From contig CAWDNU010000001.1 in the NCBI GenBank assembly GCA_963803705.1, positions 256,001-320,000 of the forward strand: DNA of 64,000 nucleotides, in the 5' to 3' direction. The notes beneath the pieces are model-generated. The model was not told where the DNA came from. It ran no database searches and saw only the letters and a list, made by a program, of their open reading frames with translations. How positions within the stretch are numbered: the first letter of the stretch is position 1; every line of letters begins with the position of its first letter. The stretch comes from an uncultured Pseudobdellovibrionaceae bacterium. Lineage in GTDB: Bacteria; Bdellovibrionota; Bdellovibrionia; Bdellovibrionales; UBA1609. Below, in pieces: positions 29,284 through 38,952 of this stretch. The position numbers and the translations under genes were made by a program.

Positions 29284-30699
29284 CTAGAATTCAAAAAAAT
29301 CAGTCTTCAAATGAACATTCAAATAATCTTTACCATCAAAGGCTAGAACTTCATTTATTAAGTCACCAAATTGAAAATGTTCAAGAGTTTCAAAGTCTTT
29401 TAACTGTTTATCAGGCTTTATTTGAAATCCTAAATTAAGTTTTTCTAAGCAAGCTTTTAATTTTGCTTCATCGTTGTAGAAAATATCAAATAGATTTTCT
29501 GACTTTTTGACTAGCTCACCTTGCTTTTTATAGCAGTAAAACCCTACATCTAAATCAAGAGTGTCTTCTTGAGTTTGGCGCCCAGCACCTAATGCAACAG
29601 AGGCAAAACCTAACTCTTTAACATCAATATAATTCATATGTCCTGGATTATCTGCAGTAATTGTTAATTTTTGAGCATCAATCTGAGATTCAATATTTCC
29701 TGATTCATAAGAATTTTTAGTTTTGAAAAAGTCTGACAAATTGCCCTCTTGGGTTTCAACTATTTCAACAAATTTAAGAAAAGCTTTACCAGAGAAAAGC
29801 TGATCATATACTTTCTGAAAATTATTCTTCAGTTTTGATTCTGGGTTAATCGAGGTCAGCATTAAAGCAGAAATTAGTAACGAAAGAACTATATTGTCTT
29901 CATATTTTTCAAATACATCCTCAGGATTTCTCAAGATTTCTAAACACTCTAATACTTCCAATTTATTCCCTACGTACCTTCCTAAAGGCTGATTCATAGA
30001 GCTTAAAACCCCGTAAGTTTTAATTTGGTTAGCCTGGCCGATGTTTATCAACTTTTTTGCTAAACTTTTCGCATCTTCTAATTGATTCATAAAAGCACCT
30101 GTCCCGAATTTAACGTCCAGAACCAGTCCCTTCAACCCTTCGGCAATTTTTTTACTCATTATACTTGAACATATTAAAGGTACGTTCGCTACAGTATGGG
30201 TTGCATCTCTAAGAGCATAAAGACGTTTATCAGCAGGACAAAAGTTCTCGCTTTGTCCCATAATACAAACTCCATTTTTTTCAACGAGATTTTTAAATTT
30301 TTTTACATCATAATTAGTCCGAAGCCCTATGCTTTCCAGCTTATCTATAGTGCCGCCAGTGTGTCCTAATCCGCGACCTGCCATCATTGGTACGCTGTAA
30401 CCTAAAGAGGCTACCAAAGGGGCAATGATAATACTGGTTTTATCCCCAACTCCACCGGTGCTGTGCTTATCGACAGTAGCCATTGACCAAGTCAATTTTT
30501 CTCCAGAGTTACATAGAGCTTCAGTCAAAAAAGACGTTTCTTCTTCAGACAACTGGTTCAAAAAAACTGTCCCAAGCCAAGTAGATATCTGATAGTCAGG
30601 AACTAGCTCTTTCGTAAACTGGTCCACGAGCCAGAAAATTTCGCTTTTACTAAGTTTAATTTTCTTCTGAGATTTATCTAAAATATCGTAAATATTCAT
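29284..30699 (-). CDS. pdp: Pyrimidine-nucleoside/thymidine phosphorylase
   Basis: DKHSTGGVGDK, GRGLGHTGGTIDKLESI, SSIMSKKIAEG, LDVKFGTGAFM. Confidence 0.93.
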   Translation of the reverse strand: MNIYDILDKSQKKIKLSKSEIFWLVDQFTKELVPDYQISTWLGTVFLNQLSEEETSFLTEALCNSGEKLTWSMATVDKHSTGGVGDKTSIIIAPLVASLGYSVPMMAGRGLGHTGGTIDKLESIGLRTNYDVKKFKNLVEKNGVCIMGQSENFCPADKRLYALRDATHTVANVPLICSSIMSKKIAEGLKGLVLDVKFGTGAFMNQLEDAKSLAKKLINIGQANQIKTYGVLSSMNQPLGRYVGNKLEVLECLEILRNPEDVFEKYEDNIVLSLLISALMLTSINPESKLKNNFQKVYDQLFSGKAFLKFVEIVETQEGNLSDFFKTKNSYESGNIESQIDAQKLTITADNPGHMNYIDVKELGFASVALGAGRQTQEDTLDLDVGFYCYKKQGELVKKSENLFDIFYNDEAKLKACLEKLNLGFQIKPDKQLKDFETLEHFQFGDLINEVLAFDGKDYLNVHLKTDFFEF

Positions 30700-30721
30700 G
30701 CTCGAGTCTCTTTCATAAAAT

Positions 30722-31369
30722 TTATTTTTTCTCTTCATGTAGTATTTTTAAACTAGATGAACATCCCAATCTGTTAGCGCCGGCATCTAGAAACGCTGAT
30801 GCGGACTTGTAACTACTTATTCCACCACTGGCCTTTATTTTAATTGAGTGACCAACACATTTTTTCATAAGCTCAACATCTTCAATACGAGCACCTACTT
30901 TGTAGAAGCCTGTGGACGTCTTAATAAAATCCAAACCTGCTGCAATGCTAAGGTCGCAAAGTTTCGAGATCTCGTCGACAGTTAAAGCTCCAGTTTCCAA
31001 GATAGCCTTTAAATTAACTTGGGGTGCTGCATCCCTAATTGATTTGAACTCATCCTTAATGCGATCAAACTTACCAGATTTCGCCCACGACAAATTAGAC
31101 ACAAAATCAATCTCATCGACACCGATTTTTACCATACTATGCACTTCGCATAATTTGTCTTGGGTCAAACTATATCCTAATGGAAAGCCAACAACTGTAG
31201 CTAGCTTAACTTGTGACCCATCAATTATCTTTTTACAAAAATAAGTCCAAGTAGGAGGCACACATATAGCCTTTAAATTGTACTCAATTGCCTCCAAAGC
31301 AAGCTTTGAATACTCGGTTTCTGTTGCAGTCGGACTCAGCAAAGTGTGGTCAATATATTTGCCGATCAT
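30722..31369 (-). CDS. deoC: Deoxyribose-phosphate aldolase
   Basis: IDHTLL, VVGFPLG, KAILETG, FIKTSTGF, IKASGGI. Confidence 0.96.
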   Translation of the reverse strand: MIGKYIDHTLLSPTATETEYSKLALEAIEYNLKAICVPPTWTYFCKKIIDGSQVKLATVVGFPLGYSLTQDKLCEVHSMVKIGVDEIDFVSNLSWAKSGKFDRIKDEFKSIRDAAPQVNLKAILETGALTVDEISKLCDLSIAAGLDFIKTSTGFYKVGARIEDVELMKKCVGHSIKIKASGGISSYKSASAFLDAGANRLGCSSSLKILHEEKK

Positions 31370-31486
31370 AAAAAAACCCCAAAGTAGCAGACTCGTAAAG
31401 ACTAATACGCTTTGAAAGCTGAAGGCAATAGTATTGATACTTTATCAAAGGCGTAAGCTAGATTATTGACTTGGCGTTTTATTTTA

Positions 31487-32551
31487 CTAACTAGCTTTAG
31501 AAAACATTGTTGGTTTTTTACCCATCGAATGCATCACCTCTAGCGCATCCTCGTGTTTAATAAGTTTGGCATCAACTAGTTGTTTAAGATGCATCTCAAG
31601 GGGTAGCATACCCTGTTTTACGTTAGTCTGCATCACAGACGGAATTTGGAAGGTCTTTCCTTCACGAATTAAATTTGCTACAGCAGAATTGTTCATAAGT
31701 ACTTCGATCGCAGCCACTCGTCCAGTGCCTTTCGCATTTTTAAGTAAATGTTGAGAGACTACACCTCTTAAGCTTTCCCCCAACATAGCTTGTATTTGTT
31801 TTTGTTGAGCATGGGGAAAAATATCAATAATTCTATCTAAAGTTTTTGAAGCACCATTTGTGTGAAGAGTTGCGAACACAACATGACCTGTCTCAGCAGC
31901 ACTGATTGCAAGCTGGGTTGTTTCTAAATCTCTAAGCTCGCCGACTAGAATTACATCAGGATCTTCACGAAGAGCTGCTTTCAAGGCATTTGCAAAGCTG
32001 CGCGTATGTGTGTGAACTTCTCGTTGATTTACCAAAGACATTTTATTTGGGTGAACAAATTCTATTGGATCTTCAATTGTAAGTATATGTTTTTTCGAAT
32101 GTTGGTTTATGTGATTGATTAGAGCAGCTAAGGTAGTGGATTTCCCAGACCCAGTCGGCCCGGTTACAAGAATCAGCCCGCGTTCACAACTTACCAGATC
32201 ATACAAAGAAGGCGGCAAATTAAGGTCCTCTAAACGCAATATTTTAGTTGGGATTTGTCTGAAGACTGCTCCCAAACCATTCTTTTGCATATAGATGTTA
32301 CATCTAAATCTTCCAATAGATTTTGCCTCGTAGGCACAATCAAGCTCCCACTTTTCTATGAAATCGCGCTTTTGTTTTTCAGTTAGAATTTCAAAAAGTA
32401 AAGACTTTAGATCATCGTGGGTTAAAGGAGCGCTTTTTGATTGAATCATGTCTCCATGAACCCGAAAGTAAGGTACCGTTCCAGCGGACAAATGTAAATC
32501 CGAAGCCGATTCACCTATCATAAATTTTAAGAGTCCATCAATTTGCGCCAT
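31487..32551 (-). CDS. pilT: Type IV pilus retraction ATPase, PilT/PilU family
   Basis: ASDLHL, GPTGSGKSTTL, TIEDPIE, ALREDPDVILVGELRD, AETGH, TLHT, ANLIRE. Confidence 0.92.
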   Translation of the reverse strand: MAQIDGLLKFMIGESASDLHLSAGTVPYFRVHGDMIQSKSAPLTHDDLKSLLFEILTEKQKRDFIEKWELDCAYEAKSIGRFRCNIYMQKNGLGAVFRQIPTKILRLEDLNLPPSLYDLVSCERGLILVTGPTGSGKSTTLAALINHINQHSKKHILTIEDPIEFVHPNKMSLVNQREVHTHTRSFANALKAALREDPDVILVGELRDLETTQLAISAAETGHVVFATLHTNGASKTLDRIIDIFPHAQQKQIQAMLGESLRGVVSQHLLKNAKGTGRVAAIEVLMNNSAVANLIREGKTFQIPSVMQTNVKQGMLPLEMHLKQLVDAKLIKHEDALEVMHSMGKKPTMFSKAS

Positions 32552-32576
32552 AATAAGTTTTTCTCCTACAGGGTAC

Positions 32577-32584
32577 ATATCGGC
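32577..32584 (-). promoter_or_regulatory. Candidate sigma28 -10 element upstream of pilT
   Basis: Minus strand GCCGATAT about 25 nt before the start codon; -35 box poor. Confidence 0.4.
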
Positions 32585-32707
32585 TTTTTACGATAAAAAT
32601 CACAGGTCCAGTTCTATGCTTCAATTAGAGATGAAAGCAGTCTCAGACGGCTCTCACAAACTCTGATACATCTGGCTTTTAGATTTTTAGCATGTTAAAA
32701 ACCTCGC

Positions 32708-34282
32708 ATGAGTTCAAAAATATTAATCAGCGTCAGACCGAATCAAACTAGAATGGCTTACACTGAAAATGAAAAACTAATTGATTTTCAAATTGAAAAA
32801 AGCTCTTCACCGACTTTAGTAGGCTCCGTCTTTAAGGGTAAGGTAATGCGAGTTTTGCCTGGAATGCAGGCAGCTTTTGTAGATATTGGTCTGGATAAGT
32901 CGGCATTTTTGTATGTCGGCGACATACGCGTGGATAATCAAACTGTAAATCAGTTAAACTTGGATAATTTAAGTGCTACGGATCCTGCAACTGATTCGTC
33001 TACCGAATCAAACGAACCTGCTGCTGCCTCTAGCGTCACTTCAAGCTCGCATACAGATGAAAACAGGATCCCTATTCAAGATTTAATCCAAGAAGGTCAA
33101 TTTATAATGTGTCAGGTTGCCAAGGATCCCTTGGGCACTAAAGGCGCCAGAATCACAACTCATATTTCGCTACCTGGCCGAAATTTAGTGTATATGCCAA
33201 CAGTGCCCCATTTCGGGGTATCAAAGAAAATCGAGGATGAGACTGAGAAAAATCGCCTTAGATCGATCATTGAAAAAATTAAACCTAAGGGTGGAGTAAT
33301 CATCAGAACTGCCGGAGAAGGTGCATCTCTGGAGGCTTTAAAATTTGATTTGGATTATCTAAGTCGAGTTTGGAAAGAGGTGCAAAAAAGTTACGAAAAA
33401 AGAAAAAACCCTGGACACGTTCACCGAGAACCAGATTTGGAGCTAAGGGCTTTGCGGGATTTTCTAAATTCTGACGTTGATGAAGTAGTAGTTGATAATC
33501 GTCGATCATTCAAAAAAATCCAAAGCTTTTTGTCCCAGTTTATTCCAAAATATAAAAATAAAATTAAGTTGCACGATGATAATATACCTCTATTTGACGT
33601 GTACAATATTGATTTAGAAGTTGCTAGATCCTTGGACCGTAAAATTTGGTTAAAGTCCGGCGGTTACTTAGTTTTTGACGAGGCAGAGGCTTTAACCGTT
33701 GTAGATGTTAATACTGGTAAGTTCGTCGGAAAAAAAGATATCGAAGACACAATTTTGCAAACTAATTTAGAGGCAGTTAAAGAGATTGCTCATCAACTAA
33801 GAATTAGAAATTGTGGTGGAATAATTATTCTAGATTTAATTGATATGGTTAACGAAATTCACAGAGACCAAGTGTTAAAATTGTTTTTAGATGAACTTAA
33901 GCTGGACAAAGCAAAAACGAATGTGTCACCAATTTCAGAACTAGGCCTAGTAGAGATGACCCGCAAGCGAATACGTCCCAGCTTAGTGTCAGTGCTTTGC
34001 GAGGGTTGCAGCTATTGTGAAGCTACTGGGTACATTAAGCGTCCAATGACAGTATCTAATGAAATATTTAGGTCTCTGGAGCGCCTAAAAAATTCTTTAG
34101 ACAATACGAAGATGGCCATAATACGATGTCATTCGGATGTAGCAGACTGGGTATATGAAGAGGAATCTGAAAGCCTGGACTTCATAGAATCTAGAATTGA
34201 ATCCTCTGTAGTATTCAAAGTTGAACCTAGGTTTCACATCGAAGAGTATGCAATAGATGTTGTCTCAAAAGAGATCAGTTAA
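32708..34282 (+). CDS. rng: Ribonuclease E/G family (RNase G-like)
   Basis: VLPGMQAAFVDIG, KDPLGTKGARIT, VDVNTG, GGIIILDLIDM, GLVEMTRKR. Confidence 0.93.
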   Translation: MSSKILISVRPNQTRMAYTENEKLIDFQIEKSSSPTLVGSVFKGKVMRVLPGMQAAFVDIGLDKSAFLYVGDIRVDNQTVNQLNLDNLSATDPATDSSTESNEPAAASSVTSSSHTDENRIPIQDLIQEGQFIMCQVAKDPLGTKGARITTHISLPGRNLVYMPTVPHFGVSKKIEDETEKNRLRSIIEKIKPKGGVIIRTAGEGASLEALKFDLDYLSRVWKEVQKSYEKRKNPGHVHREPDLELRALRDFLNSDVDEVVVDNRRSFKKIQSFLSQFIPKYKNKIKLHDDNIPLFDVYNIDLEVARSLDRKIWLKSGGYLVFDEAEALTVVDVNTGKFVGKKDIEDTILQTNLEAVKEIAHQLRIRNCGGIIILDLIDMVNEIHRDQVLKLFLDELKLDKAKTNVSPISELGLVEMTRKRIRPSLVSVLCEGCSYCEATGYIKRPMTVSNEIFRSLERLKNSLDNTKMAIIRCHSDVADWVYEEESESLDFIESRIESSVVFKVEPRFHIEEYAIDVVSKEIS

Positions 34283-34392
34283 ACTCAACTTTAGTCTGAT
34301 TTCACTGTTCGACGTCTACTTAGGTAAATTTCCGACTTTAAGAGGCCTAGAATTTCCTTTAATATTAAAGGCTTTAAGTCGATATATGACAC

Positions 34393-35316
34393 GTGAGCGT
34401 GCATTTTTTTTCTTACTTACCTGTTTTAATTTTTTTGGTTTTACCAAATATTGCACTAGCTTATAATACTTTAGATCAAGGTTATGTATCGGACAGACAA
34501 GTGATATTAAATTGTGGCAATGCTTGCATTGGCGCGCCTGAAATTCAAACTATCATTGATTCTGGAATTGAAATCGCAAGAGGTGGTTTGTTCGTAGAGC
34601 AAGATGACATTGAGGATCAAATCACTATAGCTCCATGGGCTAATTCTAGGACTAAGTGGCTAAGGCGATTTGGCCGTAATTTACAGCGTCAAAACACTAG
34701 ATATATTTCCTCTGCTTTTAGAATCGGAGTGAGAATCCAAGACGAGGATAGAAGCGCCTTTTCAGCATTCTGGCGGGAGATTCGAAAGCCAATCCTGTAT
34801 GATTTAAGAAATAGGATCGTTTATAACTACAAGCAAAAACGAAAAAACAATAAACTTAAGGCCTGGGCTTTAGAACAAACCATCGACATTGGGGCGTCAG
34901 CGTTCGGTTTAGAAAGCTATGGCTATATCAGTGACGTCTTGGACTCAGATGACATTATTAATCGACGAAGCTCGGTGATAACCAAATTTAAACCTAGATT
35001 AGATCCTTACAAAGGTCGTTATGGTGGAGCTTTGCAGTCAAAGTTTTACCGGGGCATGAAGGATCCATTTTATTTCGAAGTCTCATATTTTTATTGCAAT
35101 AATCAGTGGGGAATAGGAGATCGCACGTGCTCATATTTACATCAGGTTCAGACCACTTACGGCTATAAATTTAGAACAAGTCGAAGAAATATATCCTTAC
35201 AGCTTTCAGTCTACTGGGAGGGCCGAAGTTTGGATCCTGACGCCTACGTAATTGGTTCTAAGCCTTTCGAGTTTAAACCTTGGGGTTTCCAGTCTAGAAT
35301 ACTTATAGCGATTTAA
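34393..35316 (+). CDS. Hypothetical exported protein
   Basis: 307-aa ORF with a signal peptide; aromatic, beta-strand-like C-terminal half; possible sigma28 promoter TTAA-N15-GTCGATAT at 34359-34385. Confidence 0.7.
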   Translation: MSVHFFSYLPVLIFLVLPNIALAYNTLDQGYVSDRQVILNCGNACIGAPEIQTIIDSGIEIARGGLFVEQDDIEDQITIAPWANSRTKWLRRFGRNLQRQNTRYISSAFRIGVRIQDEDRSAFSAFWREIRKPILYDLRNRIVYNYKQKRKNNKLKAWALEQTIDIGASAFGLESYGYISDVLDSDDIINRRSSVITKFKPRLDPYKGRYGGALQSKFYRGMKDPFYFEVSYFYCNNQWGIGDRTCSYLHQVQTTYGYKFRTSRRNISLQLSVYWEGRSLDPDAYVIGSKPFEFKPWGFQSRILIAI

Positions 35317-35379
35317 CATATTTCATTGACAATTAAGTCCGAGCCATGGCACTTCTACAGCCTTATCGGAGGTTATTCT

Positions 35380-35979
35380 ATGTATGCAATCGTCCGCACC
35401 GGCGGTAGGCAGTATAAAGTTGAAGCTGGGCGATCATTCAAAGTTGAGAAAATTGAACAACCTGTTGGAACTGAATTTGACCTTACTGAAGTCCTGTTTA
35501 TTGGCGGCGAAAAGGTTTTAGTAGGTGTTCCAAGCGTTGAAAATGCAGCTGTTAAAGTTGTGATTTCAAAACAAGCTAAAGCTCCAAAAATCATTGTATT
35601 AAAGAAAAAGCGTCGTCAGGGCTATAGAAAGCTGCAAGGTCATCGCCAGGCATTTACTGAGCTTTTTGTTAAATCTATTGAAGCTCCAGGCGTGTCTGCT
35701 AAATCTGATAAAGAGCCAAGGCTTTACACCGAAGAGTTTAAAGCTAAAGCCAGATTAGATATGGCTGCGATAAAAGATGTTGAAGCTACGAAATCTGCCA
35801 GTGCTTCAACTAAAAAGAAAAAACCTGCTATTAAAGAACCTTCTAAGAAGAAAAAGCCAGCAAAGAAGGCACCTGCTAAAAGGGCACCTGGCAAAAAAGC
35901 ACCTGTAAAGAAAAAAGTAGCTAAGAAGAAAGCCACAAAAAAAGCTTCTACAAAAAAAAAGACCACTAAAAAAACGTAG
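35380..35979 (+). CDS. rplU: 50S ribosomal protein L21 with long Lys/Ala-rich C-terminal tail
   Basis: MYAIVRTGGRQYKV, GHRQAFT; GGAGG RBS. Confidence 0.97.
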   Translation: MYAIVRTGGRQYKVEAGRSFKVEKIEQPVGTEFDLTEVLFIGGEKVLVGVPSVENAAVKVVISKQAKAPKIIVLKKKRRQGYRKLQGHRQAFTELFVKSIEAPGVSAKSDKEPRLYTEEFKAKARLDMAAIKDVEATKSASASTKKKKPAIKEPSKKKKPAKKAPAKRAPGKKAPVKKKVAKKKATKKASTKKKTTKKT

Positions 35980-36026
35980 TTTTAACTTTGGATAATGATT
36001 AATGTTTAGATAATGAGGTAAATTTA

Positions 36027-36290
36027 ATGGCATCGAAGAAAGCAGCCGGTAGTAGTAAGAACGGAAGAGACTCACAGAGTAAGAGATTAGGAGTAAAGCG
36101 TTTTGGTGGAGAAACCGTTAAACCGGGCATGATCCTAGTTCGTCAAAGAGGAACTCAATTCCACGTAGGAAGAAATGTAAAAATGGGCAGAGACCATACC
36201 ATTTTTTCTTTGATTGATGGCCAAGTTAAGTTTGAAAGGTTAGATAAAAAAAGATTAAAAATTAGCGTTTATCCCTCAACTGCAGCCTAA
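36027..36290 (+). CDS. rpmA: 50S ribosomal protein L27
   Basis: [16 protein letters not shown]...RQRGT. Confidence 0.98.
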   Translation: MASKKAAGSSKNGRDSQSKRLGVKRFGGETVKPGMILVRQRGTQFHVGRNVKMGRDHTIFSLIDGQVKFERLDKKRLKISVYPSTAA

Positions 36291-36330
36291 GTCGCTTTAA
36301 TTATTTTAATTTCAGAAAATTAGTAGAAAC

Positions 36331-36363
36331 AAAAGCTCTCAAACTTAATTGGGGGCTTTTTTT
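36331..36363 (+). terminator. Intrinsic terminator after rplU-rpmA
   Basis: AAAAGCTCTCAA/TTGGGGGCTTTT stem plus T run. Confidence 0.75.
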
Positions 36364-36376
36364 GTAAAAAGAGTGT

Positions 36377-37420
36377 ATGTCAAAAATTAAGTTTATCGAC
36401 AGAGTTAAAATTGACTTAACTTCTGGTTCTGGGGGACCAGGCTGTATTAGTTTTAGAAAAGAAGCAAAAGTGCCTCGGGGTGGACCCAATGGTGGTGATG
36501 GCGGCCGCGGTGGTCATGTTTTGTTTAAAGTAAATTCCCAAAAAAAGTCCTTATTAGACCTTAAATATAATAGAAAGCTAAAAGCTGATAATGGTAGTCA
36601 GGGTGAGGGCAACAATAGCTCTGGAAAAAGTGGAAAAGATTTGGTCGTAGAAGTGCCTCCAGGAACACTTGTAATAGACGAATTTACTGACCAAGTTATG
36701 TTAGATTGTAAACCTGGTGAAACATATCAAGTGCTAAGTGGCGGTCTTGGTGGTAAAGGAAATTCTTTTTATAAATCAAGTGTTCATCAAGCCCCAGAAA
36801 TAGCCCAGAAGGGTATGCCCGGTGAAGAGCTAGCCGTGCGCCTGGAGTTGAAACTAATAGCTGATGTGGGCTTGGTCGGTTTTCCTAACGCTGGTAAGTC
36901 TACTTTAGTTTCTGTGATTTCTGCAGCGAAACCTGAAATTGCAAACTATCCCTTTACAACATTAAACCCTCATTTGGGGGTGGTAAAAGTGGGTGACTCG
37001 GATTCTTACATAATCGCAGATATACCAGGGCTAATTCCAGATGCTCATAAGGGAGTTGGCTTAGGCCTTGAGTTTTTAAGGCATATTGAACGAACTAAAT
37101 TATTCGTACATCTGCTGGACGGTGATCCAGAAAATGGCAGGGATATCGTCAAAGACTTTGAAGCTATAAATAATGAGCTAGAAAAATATGACGGTCTGTA
37201 TGGAGGCAAATATGGGCTGGAGCCACTATCTAAAAAAGTGCAAATTTTAGTTATTAACAAGTGGGACTTGATTCCTGAAAACGAAAGAGATTTATTTTTA
37301 CAAAATTTAAGTTCAAGAATAGGGCAAGATATCGTTCCCATATCAGGTTATACAGGATATGGTTTAGACGTTTTAAAAAACATAATGTCTAAGTTAGTTT
37401 TTAAACAAGGAGAAAGCTAA
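36377..37420 (+). CDS. obgE: GTPase Obg/CgtA
   Basis: GGPNGGDGGRGG, GFPNAGKSTL, YPFTTL, DIPGLI, NKWD. Confidence 0.97.
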   Translation: MSKIKFIDRVKIDLTSGSGGPGCISFRKEAKVPRGGPNGGDGGRGGHVLFKVNSQKKSLLDLKYNRKLKADNGSQGEGNNSSGKSGKDLVVEVPPGTLVIDEFTDQVMLDCKPGETYQVLSGGLGGKGNSFYKSSVHQAPEIAQKGMPGEELAVRLELKLIADVGLVGFPNAGKSTLVSVISAAKPEIANYPFTTLNPHLGVVKVGDSDSYIIADIPGLIPDAHKGVGLGLEFLRHIERTKLFVHLLDGDPENGRDIVKDFEAINNELEKYDGLYGGKYGLEPLSKKVQILVINKWDLIPENERDLFLQNLSSRIGQDIVPISGYTGYGLDVLKNIMSKLVFKQGES

Positions 37421-38440
37421 GTGACTCATGTAGGTGTATTTGGAGGGGCATTCAACCCTATTCACATGGGACACATAAATAGTTTGGCTCAGGTCCAGAA
37501 AAAATTTAATTTAAACAAAATAAAAATAGTACCAGCCTATCAAAGTCCCGGTAAAGATCTAATAGCTAAACCATCTTCTGACGAAAGATGTAAAATGGCG
37601 GAACTTTGTTTGACTGACCTGGGCGATAGTTTTTTACTAGATACTTTTGAGATCGACCGTAAGGGCGTCAGTTACACTATTGAGACTTTGAGGCACTTAA
37701 AAGAAGAAGATCCTAATTCTGAACTTTTCTTAATTATTGGTTTAGATCAATTTAATAGTTTTGATTCCTGGAAAGAATTCGAAGAAATTATTAAGATGTC
37801 TCATATCATTGTCACTTCAAGACCAGGTTATACATTTCCACTTAACAAGTCGGATTTTCCACAAGGCTTGCAAGGATTTATAGAAGATTTTGACGGTTAT
37901 CAAAGCCTTCTGAAATCTGGAAAAATGATACACTTTCTTAGACTCAAAGACATAGATGTCTCATCGTCTGAAATTAGAAAAAAATTGCAAATTGGTCAGG
38001 CTGTCGACAAGTTTTTGAGTTTAAAGGTTGAAAACTTTATTAAGGAACAAAAACTGTATGAATCCGATGGTCCTAAAGTTAATGACTACAAAAGTTTTAC
38101 CATCGAAGCTGCAAATTTTTTAGACTCAAAAAAAGCGATTAACACACTTGCATTTGATTTTGAAACTGTAAATGACTATCTAGTTGATTATTCAATTGTA
38201 TGTTCTGCTACAAATAAAAGGCAGACTGTTTCTATGGCTGAATCTTTAATTGAAAAAATTAAGACAACATACTCAGTTCGTCCTATCGCTATAGATGGTA
38301 TTGATGATGGACGCTGGGTTGTACTGGATTATGGCAGTGTTATTATTCATATTTTTTATGATTTCGTACGCCAAGAGTATCACCTGGAACAACTTTGGCA
38401 GAAAGCAAAAAAGCTAGATCTAAACAGTCCGTCAAACTAA
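37421..38440 (+). CDS. nadD: Fused nicotinate-nucleotide adenylyltransferase and ribosome silencing factor RsfS
   Basis: N-terminal GGAFNPIHMGH, SYTIETL, SSSEIR; C-terminal WVVLDYGSVIIHIF...YHLEQLW (RsfS/Iojap) in one frame. Confidence 0.92.
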   Translation: MTHVGVFGGAFNPIHMGHINSLAQVQKKFNLNKIKIVPAYQSPGKDLIAKPSSDERCKMAELCLTDLGDSFLLDTFEIDRKGVSYTIETLRHLKEEDPNSELFLIIGLDQFNSFDSWKEFEEIIKMSHIIVTSRPGYTFPLNKSDFPQGLQGFIEDFDGYQSLLKSGKMIHFLRLKDIDVSSSEIRKKLQIGQAVDKFLSLKVENFIKEQKLYESDGPKVNDYKSFTIEAANFLDSKKAINTLAFDFETVNDYLVDYSIVCSATNKRQTVSMAESLIEKIKTTYSVRPIAIDGIDDGRWVVLDYGSVIIHIFYDFVRQEYHLEQLWQKAKKLDLNSPSN

Positions 38441-38455
38441 TATTAAAACCTAGTT

Positions 38456-38929
38456 TTGAAGCAAATAGTTCACCTCGTTAATGTTAAGTCAAAAAAATCT
38501 AAAGAATTTGAACAAATCTTTTCGCTTTTTAATAAGAAGATTTCTAATTTTGCTCACTTAAAAATTGATGAGATAAAGTCCTTTGAAGTTAGTCGAGATC
38601 AGAAAGAAGTAAAAGTCGACAAAGAGTCAGTGATGATTTTGCAAAAGTTAAAGAGTTCAACCTTTATAATTTTATGCGATGAATCGGGTGTTGATTTAAA
38701 TAGTATCGACTTTGCTAAAACAATCTCTGAAAAAATGGAAATTTACAAACAAGTCAGTCTGGTGATCGGCGGAGCCTTTGGAGTCAACAATGAAGTCAGA
38801 AAAAAAGCTGACTTAACGATCAAGTTAAGCCCGTTTGTGTTGAACCATTTGGTTGCAAAGGTTGTCCTTTTAGAACAAATATATCGGACATTTATGATCA
38901 TCTGTAAGAAGCCTTACCATAATAAATAG
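38456..38929 (+). CDS. rlmH: 23S rRNA pseudouridine-1915 N3-methyltransferase
   Basis: IGGAFG, LLEQIYR, PYHNK; follows rsfS as usual. Confidence 0.9.
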   Translation: MKQIVHLVNVKSKKSKEFEQIFSLFNKKISNFAHLKIDEIKSFEVSRDQKEVKVDKESVMILQKLKSSTFIILCDESGVDLNSIDFAKTISEKMEIYKQVSLVIGGAFGVNNEVRKKADLTIKLSPFVLNHLVAKVVLLEQIYRTFMIICKKPYHNK

Positions 38930-38952
38930 ATGGCAATTGCACACGACTAATT

